Below, piece after piece: positions 25,801-39,082 of a stretch of 64,000 nucleotides of DNA. The notes under the pieces were generated by a model. It had not been told where the DNA came from. It did no database searches and was given only the letters and a program-made list of their open reading frames with translations. A program made the translations under genes and the position numbers. How positions within the stretch are numbered: position 1 is the first letter of the stretch; each line of letters opens with the position of its first letter. Location of the stretch: the NCBI GenBank assembly GCA_040954595.2, contig CM082595.2, positions 5,358,137 to 5,422,136 on the forward strand. Direction: 5' to 3'. This DNA is from Balanoglossus misakiensis. Its lineage: Eukaryota > Animalia > Hemichordata.

Positions 25801-26922
25801 AAAAACCACCAAATTTCGAAATTTCGCGAAGTCGAAAAATTGACATTTCTGGACGATTTTCATGAGCTATAACCCATGGTTTTTGTCGAAAAACCACCAA
25901 ATTTCGAAATTTCGCGAAGTCGAAAAATTGACATTTCTGGACGATTTTCATGAGCTATAACCCATGGTTTTTGTCGAAAAATCACCAATTTTCGAAATTT
26001 CGCGAAGTCGAAAAATTGACATTTCTGGACGATTTTCATGAGCTATAACCCATGGTTTTTGTCGAAAAATCACCAATTTTCGAAATTTCGCGAAGTCGAA
26101 AAATTGACATTTCTGGACGATTTTAATGAGCTATAACCCATGGTTTTTGTCGAAAAATCACCAAATTTCGAAATTTCGCGAAGTCGAAAAATTGACATTT
26201 CTGGACGATTTTCATGAGCTATAACCCATGGTTTTTGTCGAAAAACCACCAATTTCCGAAATTTCGCGAAGTCGAAAAATTGACATTTCTGGACGATTTT
26301 CATGAGCTATAACCCATGGTTTTTGTCGAAAAACCACCAAATTTCGAAATTTCGCGAAGTCGAAAAATTGACATTTCTGGACGATTTTCATGAGCTATAA
26401 CCCATGGTTTTTGTCGAAAAACCACCAAATTTCGAAATTTCGCGAAGTCGAAAAATTGACATTTCTGGACGATTTTCATGAGCTATAACCCATGGTTTTT
26501 GTCGAAAAACCACCAAATTTCGAAATTTCGCGAAGTCGAAAAATTGACATTTCTGGACGATTTTCATGAGCTATAACCCATGGTTTTTGTCGAAAAATCA
26601 ACAAATTTCGAAATTTCGCGAAGTCGAAAAATTGACATTTCTGGACGATTTTCATGAGCTATAACCCATGGTTTTTGTCGAAAAACCACCAAATTTCGAA
26701 ATTTCGCGAAGTCGAAAAATTGACATTTCTGGACGATTTTCATGAGCTATAACCCATGGTTTTTGTCGAAAAACCACAAAATTTCGAAATTTCGCGAAGT
26801 CGAAAAAATGACATTTCTGGACGATTTTCATGAGCTATAACCCATGGTTTTTGTCGAAAAATCACCAAATTTCGAAATTTCGCGAAGTCGAAAAATTGAC
26901 ATTTCTGGACGATTTTCATGAG
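19826..26922 (-). repeat. 88-bp satellite variant B, reverse orientation (~80 units)
   Basis: Text recurs every 1320 bp (15x88). Reverse-complement monomer is CCATGGGTTATAGCTCATGAAAATCGTCCAGAAATGTCAATTTTTCGACTTCGCGAAATTTCGAAATTTGGTGRTTTTTCGACAAAAA. Confidence 0.98.
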
Positions 26923-29900
26923 TCAATTTTTCGACTTCGCGAAATTTCGAAATTTGGTGGTTTTTCGACAAAAACCATGGGTTATAGCTCATGAAAATCG
27001 TCCAGAAATGTCAATTTTTCGACTTCGCGAAATTTCGAAATTTGTTGATTTTTCGACAAAAACCATGGGTTATAGCTCATGAAAATCGTCCAGAAATGTC
27101 AATTTTTCGACTTCGCGAAATTTCGAAATTTGGTGGTTTTTCGACAAAAACCATGGGTTATAGCTCATGAAAATCGTCCAGAAATGTCAATTTTTCGACT
27201 TCGCGAAATTTCGAAATTTGGTGATTTTTCGACAAAAACCATGGGTTATAGCTCATGAAAATCGTCCAGAAATGTCAATTTTTCGACTTCGCGAAATTTC
27301 GAAATTTGGTGGTTTTTCGACAAAAACCATGGGTTATAGCTCATGAAAATCGTCCAGAAATGTCAATTTTTCGACTTCGCGAAATTTCGAAATTTGGTGG
27401 TTTTTCGACAAAAACCATGGGTTATAGCTCATGAAAATCGTCCAGAAATGTCAATTTTTCGACTTCGCGAAATTTCGAAATTTGGTGGTTTTTCGACAAA
27501 AACCATGGGTTATAGCTCATGAAAATCGTCCAGAAATGTCAATTTTTCGACTTCGCGAAATTTCGAAATTTGGTGGTTTTTCGCCAAAAACCATGGGTTA
27601 TAGCTCATGAAAATCGTCCAGAAATGTCAATTTTTCGACTTCGCGAAATTTCGAAATTTGGTGGTTTTTCGACAAAAACCATGGGTTATAGCTCATGAAA
27701 ATCGTCCAGAAATGTCAATTTTTCGACTTCGCGAAATTTCGAAATTTGGTGGTTTTTCGACAAAAACCATGGGTTATAGCTCATGAAAATCGTCCAGAAA
27801 TGTCAATTTTTCGACTTCGCGAAATTTCGAAATTTGGTGGTTTTTCGACAAAAACCATGGGTTATAGCTCATGAAAATCGTCCAGAAATGTCAATTTTTC
27901 GACTTCGCGAAATTTCGAAATTTGGTGATTTTTCGACAAAAACCATGGGTTATAGCTCATGAAAATCGTCCAGAAATGTCAATTTTTCGACTTCGCGAAA
28001 TTTCGAAATTTGGTGGTTTTTCGACAAAAACCATGGGTTATAGCTCATGAAAATCGTCCAGAAATGTCAATTTTTCGACTTCGCGAAATTTCGAAATTTG
28101 GTGGTTTTTCGACAAAAACCATGGGTTATAGCTCATGAAAATCGTCCAGAGATGTCAATTTTTCGACTTCGCGAAATTTCGAAATTTGGTGGTTTTTCGC
28201 CAAAAACCATGGGTTATAGCTCATGAAAATCGTCCAGAAATGTCAATTTTTCGACTTCGCGAAATTTCGAAATTTGGTGATTTTTCGACAAAAACCATGG
28301 GTTATAGCTCATGAAAATCGTCCAGAAATGTCAATTTTTCGACTTCGCGAAATTTCGAAATTTGGTGGTTTTTCGACAAAAACCATGGGTTATAGCTCAT
28401 TAAAATCGTCCAGAAATGTCAATTTTTCGACTTCGCGAAATTTCGAAATTTGGTGGTTTTTCGACAAAAACCATGGGTTATAGCTCATGAAAATCGTCCA
28501 GAAATGTCAATTTTTCGACTTCGTAAAATTTCGAAATTTGGTGATTTTTCGACAAAAACCATGGGTTATAGCTCATGAAAATCGTCCAGAAATGTCAATT
28601 TTTCGACTTCGGGAAATTTCGAAATTTGGTGATTTTTCGACAAAAACCATGGGTTATAGCTCATGAAAATCGTCCAGAAATGTCAATTTTTCGACTTCGT
28701 AAAATTTCGAAATTTGGTGATTTTTCGACAAAAACCATGGGTTATAGCTCATGAAAATCGTCCAGAAATGTCAATTTTTCGACTTCGCGAAATTTCGAAT
28801 TTGGTGATTTTTCGACAAAAACCATGGGTGATAGCTCATGAAAATCGTCCAGAAATGTCAATTTTTCGACTTCGCGAAATTTCGAAATTTGGTGGTTTTT
28901 CGACAAAAACCATGGGTTATAGCTCATGAAAATCGTCCAGAAATGTCAATTTTTCGACTTCGCGTAATTTCGAAATTTGGTGATTTTTCGACAAAAACCA
29001 TGGGTTATAGCTCATGAAAATCGTCCAGAAATGTCAATTTTTCGACTTCGCGAAATTTCGAAATTTGGTGGTTTTTCGACAAAAACCATGGGTTATAGCT
29101 CATGAAAATCGTCCAGAAATGTCAATTTTTCGACTTCGCGAAATTTCGAAATTTGGTGATTTTTCGACAAAAACCATGGGTTATAGCTCATGAAAATCGT
29201 CCAGAAATGTCAATTTTTCGACTTCGCGAAATTTCGAAATTTGGTGATTTTTCGACAAAAACCATGGGTTATAGCTCATGAAAATCGTCCAGAAATGTCA
29301 ATTTTTCGACTTCGCGAAATTTCGAAATTTGGTGATTTTTCGACAAAAACCATGGGTTATAGCTCATGAAAATCGTCCAGAAATGTCAATTTTTCGACTT
29401 CGCGAAATTTCGAAATTTGGTGGTTTTTCGACAAAAACCATGGGTTATAGCTCATGAAAATCGTCCAGAAATGTCAATTTTTCGACTTCGCGAAATTTCG
29501 AAATTTGGTGGTTTTTCGACAAAAACCATGGGTTATAGCTCATGAAAATCGTCCAGAGATGTCAATTTTTCGACTTCGCGAAATTTCGAAATTTGGTGGT
29601 TTTTCGCCAAAAACCATGGGTTATAGCTCATGAAAATCGTCCAGAAATGTCAATTTTTCGACTTCGCGAAATTTCGAAATTTGGTGATTTTTCGACAAAA
29701 ACCATGGGTTATAGCTCATGAAAATCGTCCAGAAATGTCAATTTTTCGACTTCGCGAAATTTCGAAATTTGGTGATTTTTTGACAAAAACCATGGGTTAT
29801 AGCTCATTAAAATCGTCCAGAAATGTCAATTTTTCGACTTCGCGAAATTTCGAAATTTGGTGGTTTTTCGACAAAAACCATGGGTTATAGCTCATGAAAA

Positions 29901-32900
29901 TCGTCCAGAAATGTCAATTTTTCGACTTCGGGAAATTTCGAAATTTGGTGATTTTTCGACAAAAACCATGGGTTATAGCTCATGAAAATCGTCCAGAAAT
30001 GTCAATTTTTCGACTTCGTAAAATTTCGAAATTTGGTGATTTTTCGACAAAAACCATGGGTTATAGCTCATGAAAATCGTCCAGAAATGTCAATTTTTCG
30101 ACTTCGCGAAATTTCGAATTTGGTGATTTTTCGACAAAAACCATGGGTGATAGCTCATGAAAATCGTTCAGAAATGTCAATTTTTCGACTTCGCGAAATT
30201 TCGAAATTTGGTGGTTTTTCGACAAAAACCATGGGTTATAGCTCATGAAAATCGTCCAGAAATGTCAATTTTTCGACTTCGCGAAATTTCGAAATTTGGT
30301 GATTTTTCGACAAAAACCATGGGTTATAGCTCATGAAAATCGTCCAGAAATGTCAATTTTTCGACTTCGTAAAATTTCGAAATTTGGTGATTTTTCGACA
30401 AAAACCATGGGTTATAGCTCATGAAAATCGTCCAGAAATGTCAATTTTTCGACTTCGCGAAATTTCGAATTTGGTGATTTTTCGACAAAAACCATGGGTG
30501 ATAGCTCATGAAAATCGTCCAGAAATGTCAATTTTTCGACTTCGCGAAATTTCGAAATTTGGTGGTTTTTCGACAAAAACCATGGGTTATAGCTCATGAA
30601 AATCGTCCAGAAATGTCAATTTTTCGACTTCGCGTAATTTCGAAATTTGGTGATTTTTCGACAAAAACCATGGGTTATAGCTCATGAAAATCGTCCAGAA
30701 ATGTCAATTTTTCGACTTCGCGAAATTTCGAAATTTGGTGGTTTTTCGACAAAAACCATGGGTTATAGCTCATGAAAATCGTCCAGAAATGTCAATTTTT
30801 CGACTTCGCGAAATTTCGAAATTTGGTGATTTTTCGACAAAAACCATGGGTTATAGCTCATGAAAATCGTCCAGAAATGTCAATTTTTCGACTTCGCGAA
30901 ATTTCGAAATTTGGTGATTTTTCGACAAAAACCATGGGTTATAGCTCATGAAAATCGTCCAGAAATGTCAATTTTTCGACTTCGCGAAATTTCGAAATTT
31001 GGTGATTTTTCGACAAAAACCATGGGTTATAGCTCATGAAAATCGTCCAGAAATGTCAATTTTTCGACTTCGCGAAATTTCGAAATTTGGTGGTTTTTCG
31101 ACAAAAACCATGGGTTATAGCTCATGAAAATCGTCCAGAAATGTCAATTTTTCGACTTCGCGAAATTTCGAAATTTGGTGGTTTTTCGACAAAAACCATG
31201 GGTTATAGCTCATGAAAATCGTCCAGAGATGTCAATTTTTCGACTTCGCGAAATTTCGAAATTTGGTGGTTTTTCGCCAAAAACCATGGGTTATAGCTCA
31301 TGAAAATCGTCCAGAAATGTCAATTTTTCGACTTCGCGAAATTTCGAAATTTGGTGATTTTTCGACAAAAACCATGGGTTATAGCTCATGAAAATCGTCC
31401 AGAAATGTCAATTTTTCGACTTCGCGAAATTTCGAAATTTGGTGATTTTTTGACAAAAACCATGGGTTATAGCTCATTAAAATCGTCCAGAAATGTCAAT
31501 TTTTCGACTTCGCGAAATTTCGAAATTTGGTGGTTTTTCGACAAAAACCATGGGTTATAGCTCATGAAAATCGTCCAGAAATGTCAATTTTTCGACTTCG
31601 GGAAATTTCGAAATTTGGTGATTTTTCGACAAAAACCATGGGTTATAGCTCATGAAAATCGTCCAGAAATGTCAATTTTTCGACTTCGTAAAATTTCGAA
31701 ATTTGGTGATTTTTCGACAAAAACCATGGGTTATAGCTCATGAAAATCGTCCAGAAATGTCAATTTTTCGACTTCGCGAAATTTCGAATTTGGTGATTTT
31801 TCGACAAAAACCATGGGTGATAGCTCATGAAAATCGTTCAGAAATGTCAATTTTTCGACTTCGCGAAATTTCGAAATTTGGTGGTTTTTCGACAAAAACC
31901 ATGGGTTATAGCTCATGAAAATCGTCCAGAAATGTCAATTTTTCGACTTCGCGAAATTTCGAAATTTGGTGATTTTTCGACAAAAACCATGGGTTATAGC
32001 TCATGAAAATCGTCCAGAAATGTCAATTTTTCGACTTCGTAAAATTTCGAAATTTGGTGATTTTTCGACAAAAACCATGGGTTATAGCTCATGAAAATCG
32101 TCCAGAAATGTCAATTTTTCGACTTCGCGAAATTACGAAATTTGGTGATTTTTTGACAAAAACCATGGGTTATAGCTCATGAAAATCGTCCAGAAATGTC
32201 AATTTTTCGACTTCGCGAAATTTCGAAATTTGGTGATTTTTCGACAAAAACCATGGGTTATAGCTCATGAAAATCGTCCAGAAATGTCAATTTTTCGACT
32301 TCGCGAAATTTCGAAATTTGGTGATTTTTCGACAAAAACCATGGGTTATAGCTCATGAAAATCGTCCAGAAATGTCAATTTTTAGACTTCGTAAAATTTC
32401 GAAATTTGGTGATTTTTCGACAAAAACCATGGGTTATAGCTCATGAAAATCGTCCAGAAATGTCATTTTTCGACTTCGCGAAATTACGAAATTTGGTGAT
32501 TTTTTGACAAAAACCATGGGTTATAGCTCATGAAAATCTTCCAGAAATGTCAATTTTTCGACTTCGCGAAATTTCGAAATTTGGTGATTTTTCGACAAAA
32601 ACCATGGGTTATAGCTCATGAAAATCGTCCAGAAATGTCAATTTTTCGACTTCGCGAAATTTCGAAATTTGGTGATTTTTCGACAAAAACCATGGGTTAT
32701 AGCTCATGAAAATCGTCCAGAAATGTCAATTTTTCGACTTCGCGAAATTTCGAAATTTGGTGATTTTTCGACAAAAACCATGGGTTATAGCTCATGAAAA
32801 TCGTCCAGAAATGTCAATTTTTCGACTTCGCGAAATTTCGAAATTTGGTGATTTTTCGACAAAAACCATGGGTTATAGCTCATGAAAATCGTCCAGAAAT

Positions 32901-33140
32901 GTCAATTTTTCGACTTCGCGAAATTTCGAAATTTGGTGATTTTTTGACAAAAACCATGGGTTATAGCTCATGAAAATCGTCCAGAAATGTCAATTTTTCG
33001 ACTTCGCGAAATTTCGAAATTTGGTGATTTTTCGACAAAAACCATGGGTTATAGCTCATGAAAATCGTCCAGAAATGTCAATTTTTCGACTTCGTAAAAT
33101 TTCGAAATTTGGTGATTTTTCGACAAAAACCATGGGTTAT
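26923..33140 (+). repeat. 88-bp satellite variant B, forward orientation (~70 units)
   Basis: Same monomer in the opposite orientation after the switch at ...TTTTCATGAG|TCAATTTTTCG. Confidence 0.98.
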
Positions 33141-34145
33141 AGCCCATGAAAATCACCCAGAAATGACAATTTTTCGACTTTGCGGATTTTCGAAGTTTGG
33201 TCATTTTTTGAGAAAAACCATGGGTTATAGCCCATGAAAATCACCCAGAAATGACAATTTTTCGACTTTGCGGATTTTCGAAGTTTGGTCATTTTTTGAG
33301 AAAAACCATGGGTTATAGCCCATGAAAATCACCCAGAAATGACAATTTTTCGACTTTGCGGATTTTCGAAATTTGGTCATTTTTTGAGAAAAACCATGGG
33401 TTATAGCCCATGAAAATCACCCAGAAATGACCATTTTTCGAATTTGCGGATTTTCGAAATTTGGTCATTTTTTGAGAAAAACCATGGGTTATAGCCCATG
33501 AAAATCACCCAGAAATGACCATTTTTCGACTTTGCGGATTTTCGAAATTTGGTCATTTTTTGAGAAAAACCATGGGTTATAGCCCATGAAAATCACCCAG
33601 AAATGACCATTTTTCGACTTTGCGGATTTTCGAAATTTGGTCATTTTTTGAGAAAAACCATGGGTTATAGCCCATGAAAATCACCCAGAAATGACCATTT
33701 TTCGACTTTGCGGATTTTCGAAATTTGGTCATTTTTTGAGAAAAACCATGGGTTATAGCCCATGAAAATCACCCATAAATGACCATTTTTCGACTTTGCG
33801 GATTTTCGAAATTTGGTCATTTTTTGATAAAAACCATGGGTTATAGCCCATAGCTCATGAAAATTATCCAGAAATGACAATTTTTCGACTTTGCGAAATC
33901 TCGAAATTTCTTCATGTTTTGAAAAAATCATGGGTTATAGCTTATGAAAATCATCCAAAAATGACAATTTTTCGACTTTGCGAATTTTCAAAATTTCTTT
34001 CTGCATGGGTTACATTTCATGAACGCTCAAATAATGACAAATTCTCGACTTTGAAAATTTTGCTCATTTTGGCATTTTCATGTCATATGCATGGGTTACA
34101 GTTCATGAACGCTTAAAAATGACAAATTCTCGAGTTTGAAAATTG
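33141..34145 (+). repeat. 88-bp satellite variant A (~8 units, to ~33850) then degenerate variant C-like units, forward
   Basis: AGCCCATGAAAATCACCCAG units followed by progressively diverged units. Confidence 0.95.
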
Positions 34146-34479
34146 TGAAAATTGGAGACTGCCAGCAACAGTTACAGCTGCATTGAGGAAAACGGAAAAT
34201 TTCGTCCTAAGCTTGGTTGCCGGATACCCATCTGGTCTTTGCATCTGCTAAAACAAGCAATGTAAACACGAATGTGAATAACATACATAAACATGAAACA
34301 AAGCATGATCACCACTGTACGCCAATTGTTCATTCGCATTTGTCAACTTGATTAAATTCTACAGCAGCAACAACGTCTGAGATCTGCCCACGTAAGCTCC
34401 TGGACATTGTGAACAAACACACCCTTATCCACACTCCTACCATGTATTTTCTCTGTCATTGCTTCAATTTTCTTTCCCA

Positions 34480-34863
34480 TATAACCCATGAAAAATGTCC
34501 CAAAATGACAAAATTACCATAGTTAGCAAAGACAAGAATTTGCCATTTTTGACGATTTTCATGAGTTATAACCCATGAAAAATCACCAAAGTTGGCAAAG
34601 TCAAGAATTTGCCAGTTTTGACGATTTTCATGATCTATAACCCATGAAAAATGTCCCAAAACAACAAAATTACCAAAGTTGGCAAAGTCAAGAAGTGCCA
34701 TTTGTGACGATTTTCATGAGCTATAATCCATAAAAAATGTCCCGAAATGACAAAATTACCATAGTTGGCAAAGACAAGAATTTGCCATTTTTCACGATTT
34801 TCATTAGCTATAATCCATGAAAAATGTCCCGAAATGACAAAATTACCATAGTTTGCAAAGTCA
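34480..34863 (-). repeat. Diverged ~80-bp relative of the satellite (reverse)
   Basis: About 5 units ATAACCCATGAAAAATGTCCC..GCAAAGTCAAGAATTTGCC..GACGATTTTCATGAG. The same variant occurs as a fragment at ~17268-17353. Confidence 0.85.
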
Positions 34864-36138
34864 GAAATTTACCTTGAAAATGAGAGTGTTGCCCTTCAGG
34901 TCAAATCAGTGCACTGCAACGTGGAACGCCATCCGAACCATCGAGTCTTCGAGGACGCCATCTTGCGGGAGATTGAAGGAATTCGTGTGCAGTGCGCCAC
35001 CAACTTCATCACTCATACAACACGATTCCGCATGCGAGAAGTGTACACCCACGTTTACGTACAATCAAACGTGACGACATCAAAAACTGCAAAGAGGAAA
35101 CTAAGTTTCATTAAATTCTTTATTGATACTCTTGCACACACTCCAAATTCCAAAATTTACATATGACAAGAAAATTAAGAATTATGGTACTAAATTTCTC
35201 AGTGGAGTATTGCAACGTATTGCATTTCGTATTGTAGTGTGTATGAAATTGCCAGATGAGTTAATACAAGTATAAGTAGTTATTGAAAATATTAAACGTT
35301 ATTTCCCCTATAGTGGTGGCACTTTCCTTCAGACGGATGTGTTGTGTTCACGACCAGCAGTACAGTTGGATTATTATAATTATAGGAATTCTTTTCGCCA
35401 AATTTGAATACAATAAGTCTTTTATGCTGAATAAAATTTCATTGTATTTGCGTCTAGCTCACGATAGCAACGGCAGACGTAAAGTTAAGGTACACAGTCA
35501 CCCAGGTCACACTCACCTAACCACAGTTACCATGGCAATAGGATCAAACCAAGCAAAGATTTTCACTTGGGTGGCCAAGTGGAAATGGCGCCACCATGTG
35601 GTCATTATAGGACATAATTACGCCCTGTTAACCATATATGGGCATTTGTGATATAAATGTCTACATACATGTACTTTACCAATAATTAAATAAAAATAGG
35701 AGTTAGCAAATTGTGCAAGCAAGCGATATTATGTCAAAGTTGAGGTTTCATACTCTCGAATTGTACATTAATTTTATTAATAAGGTAAACGATTTGTTAT
35801 TGTTTTATGATTTGATAAAGGCGACCCTCGGCGAAGTTACAAAATGTTGCTTATAGATTATCAAATCATAAGGAGTGATATGAGATTATATATCTCGACT
35901 TCAACACCTAAAGAGTGATTCAACGTGTTGTGTCATGGGTATGGGCACGTCATAGATTTTGAAAATCGTTTCAGAAAAATAAAAGTTAAATTTTACGTAT
36001 ATTTAAAGGGAAAAGAATGTCTTGTATCATTTATAGGCAAATTTGTGAAGTTGTCGAGCATGACGTAATAATCTCTTTCCTGGTGGCACTGGGCATAAAA
36101 AGTGTGCACGATATAAATGAACTTTTCAAGGCGGCGAA

Positions 36139-38933
36139 TCAACAGCCGTACACCCACGTTCCAACTCCACCTCGTCCGCGCTTGCATTTGTTGTACGGCC
36201 TGTGACTGCCGCCGCGATTGGGCAGTGGATGAGTGCGGCCCCGGGTCGGGTATTCCCGCTGCGCGCCGCCCCCTCTCTTCCTGTAGGTGTCGAGCAGCCC
36301 AGCCCGCGTCGGCAAGAAGTCCCTCAAGCGGTACTGCAGTCGGAGAAGGTTCGGGAATGGTCGGCGGGTGTCGTATACGTCATCCGGGTAGGTTGTGTAG
36401 AATGTGCTGTCGTCATCTTCGTCCCAGTAATCTATCCACGGATTTTCGTCACCGATGTTGTAAACCGATCGCTTGTTCCTGTGACTGGACTCGATCGTGT
36501 TTTCGATGGGAGCGCCCTGGTTGTGAAAAAACAGAAACCATCTAATCAATCAATGCATTAACAAATAAGTCTGTCTCTACGTGTGTGTACATGTATGTGT
36601 GTATATATCGTATTATACGCATTCTTTTACTTTAAAAGTAAGGGTAGCTGGAGAAAGAATGCGCTTAAGACGATATTCGGCCTTTAATATATGCCTATAC
36701 CTCCACGGTACAAAAAATATTAGCCAATTTAAGAAATTTGCCAAAAAATATGCTGTCGCGAACCTCGCAATCTACCTTACATAACGGTTAGATTCGCTTT
36801 TGGCAAAATAAAATGAAGGAACGACGATACTCTGATCATAACGCCGCGATTCCCTTTTAAATAACACCCCACGCTGAGAGAATTCATCCGCCACGAGTAG
36901 GTTTCTGAAGTGGCGCCGCTGGAGGCGCACCATCAAAGAAAACGGCCACTTCTCGACAACATCTGCCGAGAGTGTTTGTTGATGTCACGCGTGATGCCAA
37001 CCGCCGGCTTTCTAAACGTTGCACAGTTCAGGCATTCCCTGATTACAAAAAACCACCCGCGGTCGTTGTTGCCAACGGTTGAATTCACTTCTAGCTACAG
37101 TCGGCCGATACCAATGTATAATACTGGTATTCCTTAAAGGTATACATTTTCTACTGTCACCTATGGAACTTTAGCTACAGTTACCATGGTAACTTGAGAT
37201 GTAGCCAATCACGGATTTTCAGTGGGTGGCACACGGGAAAAAAACGAGCGCCACCATGTGTTCTTTAGAACCCTCAGATACGCTATTTCAGCCATATATG
37301 GGCGTATGTAAATTGGAGGTGCCATATACCCTTAAAGTGCTAGGCCTGCGCACCATAAGAACTTACATTTTATGTTTCAATAGAAAAGGCTACGGCATTC
37401 AAAGGGCGAAAAAGCAGAGCAGGCAATCTCGAGGTGTACATAGCCTTCGATAGCCTTCATGTACTGCAGTAATGAGGCGAGTGGGCGAGAGGAATTGAAA
37501 TCTTGTACTCCTAATAGCTAGGAATCATTCTGTGTTAATTTATCCCCCTGTGTCTGGGGACCGAACTACGCACATGGGCACTTGAACTCAAACAGAATCA
37601 CAGCGAAAATATATATCATAAGGAGCCATGGGAGTTATCCCTTTGTTGTCTGTTGACGTGGCTCTCCTATAAATAGACCTCAAGAAAATAGTCGAGAGGA
37701 AGTATTTAAACCCTTTGACAGGAAATGTAATTAGTTCAATGATTTTGCAATTGATCCCTGCCCGCGAATTCTTAAGGTCCTGAAATTGATGTTATTGTAA
37801 TTGTTCTAAATGTAGAAACACATTAACGAAAACTCTGGTTCAGTATCTGCATGCGCGGCGTATTAAGTCTGTGTGACGAAATCGTACAGACTTCATACGC
37901 CTTTGATGCAAATATGATTGAGAGTATATATAGCCGAGTTGGAGGAGACCACGACTGCATTAAAATTCCCTGGCAGACGTTACAGCGTTGAAATAGAACG
38001 CCACAGGTGAAGATCATTATACGCGGAGCACTCGAGTCCACGAAAGCAATTTTCGCTGGGAAATTTCACGACAAATTCACACGAGCACATCTCACGACAC
38101 CTCGGTGACGCTAGTTTTTTACCCCCTAGATCAGCGGAATCGAATATCACTGGCACTCCGGTGAATAATAAGAAGCGCACATGGGGGCATTTTGTGCCTC
38201 CCACCGGTGCCATCACATCCCTTCGTCACAGCAGTCGCAACATCCACACTTAACACCACCACACCGTATATCAGAAAACTTGAACGTAGATGCCCACAGA
38301 AGAAATTGGCTATGCACTCTAGAGGCCCATGACGACAATTTGATGTTACATGTACATGTACATAAATTCCCGTCCAAATCTGTCTGCATTTTGTAGTACG
38401 TTGGGAAACTGAAAAACGGCTATTTCTTATATCATATCTCAATAAAATGTCAGACCTATACATATTCGTACTTAGTCTAGTATATGACGTAAGAATTTGC
38501 GTTTCTTTAAGTAGAGACAACGTTAAACAAAATATACCCTTTCCTCTTTAAGCATGCTAAGCTTACGGCTAATCAATGCTCACGTCCCACTGCAACCAGA
38601 ATGGTTGAACGACGTCCCCAGTCACTGTTCCCGCACGGTTGAAATTGATCACTGCATCGCTATTTCTGTAATCCCCAAAGTTAATAGCATGGCACGGTTC
38701 TTATTTCCCGAGCGACGGTTCAGTGAGCATTTTTTTCCCGAAGACCTTGCTTCCCACTGAGGATAATGATCTGTCAGGTATAACGATGTGTGAAAAGGCG
38801 ACACCGTGCTTTTGATGATGGACCAGTGAGCTGTTAATGGTCTCTAGCATGGGTTTGAGTGTACCTTGTTAAGGGTCATTACTAAGAAGCACAGTGTTCA
38901 TCAATGTGACTGTTTTGCTCGTAGTGCACTGTT

Positions 38934-39004
<71 letters not shown>

Positions 39005-39044
39005 CAGAGACAGAGAGACAGAGAGACAGAGAGAGAGAGAGGGG

Positions 39045-39082
<38 letters not shown>

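Noticed and set aside
26923-27010. CENP-B box in the monomer
   Set aside because: TTCG motifs are frequent but none has the TTCG-N4-A-N2-CGGG spacing.
18049-34116. About 25 repeated ORFs (MKIVQKCQFFDFAK..., MSYNPWF...)
   Set aside because: Translations of the 88-bp satellite. The unit is not a multiple of 3, frames cycle through stops, and ORFs appear only where point variants remove a stop.
17636-34863. CRISPR-like array
   Set aside because: Units are head-to-tail with no unique spacers, there are no cas genes, and the context is eukaryotic.
36117-36561. Plus-strand ORFs overlapping the peptide exon
   Set aside because: Antisense shadows of a GC-rich coding exon. Splice and signal-peptide evidence favours the minus strand.
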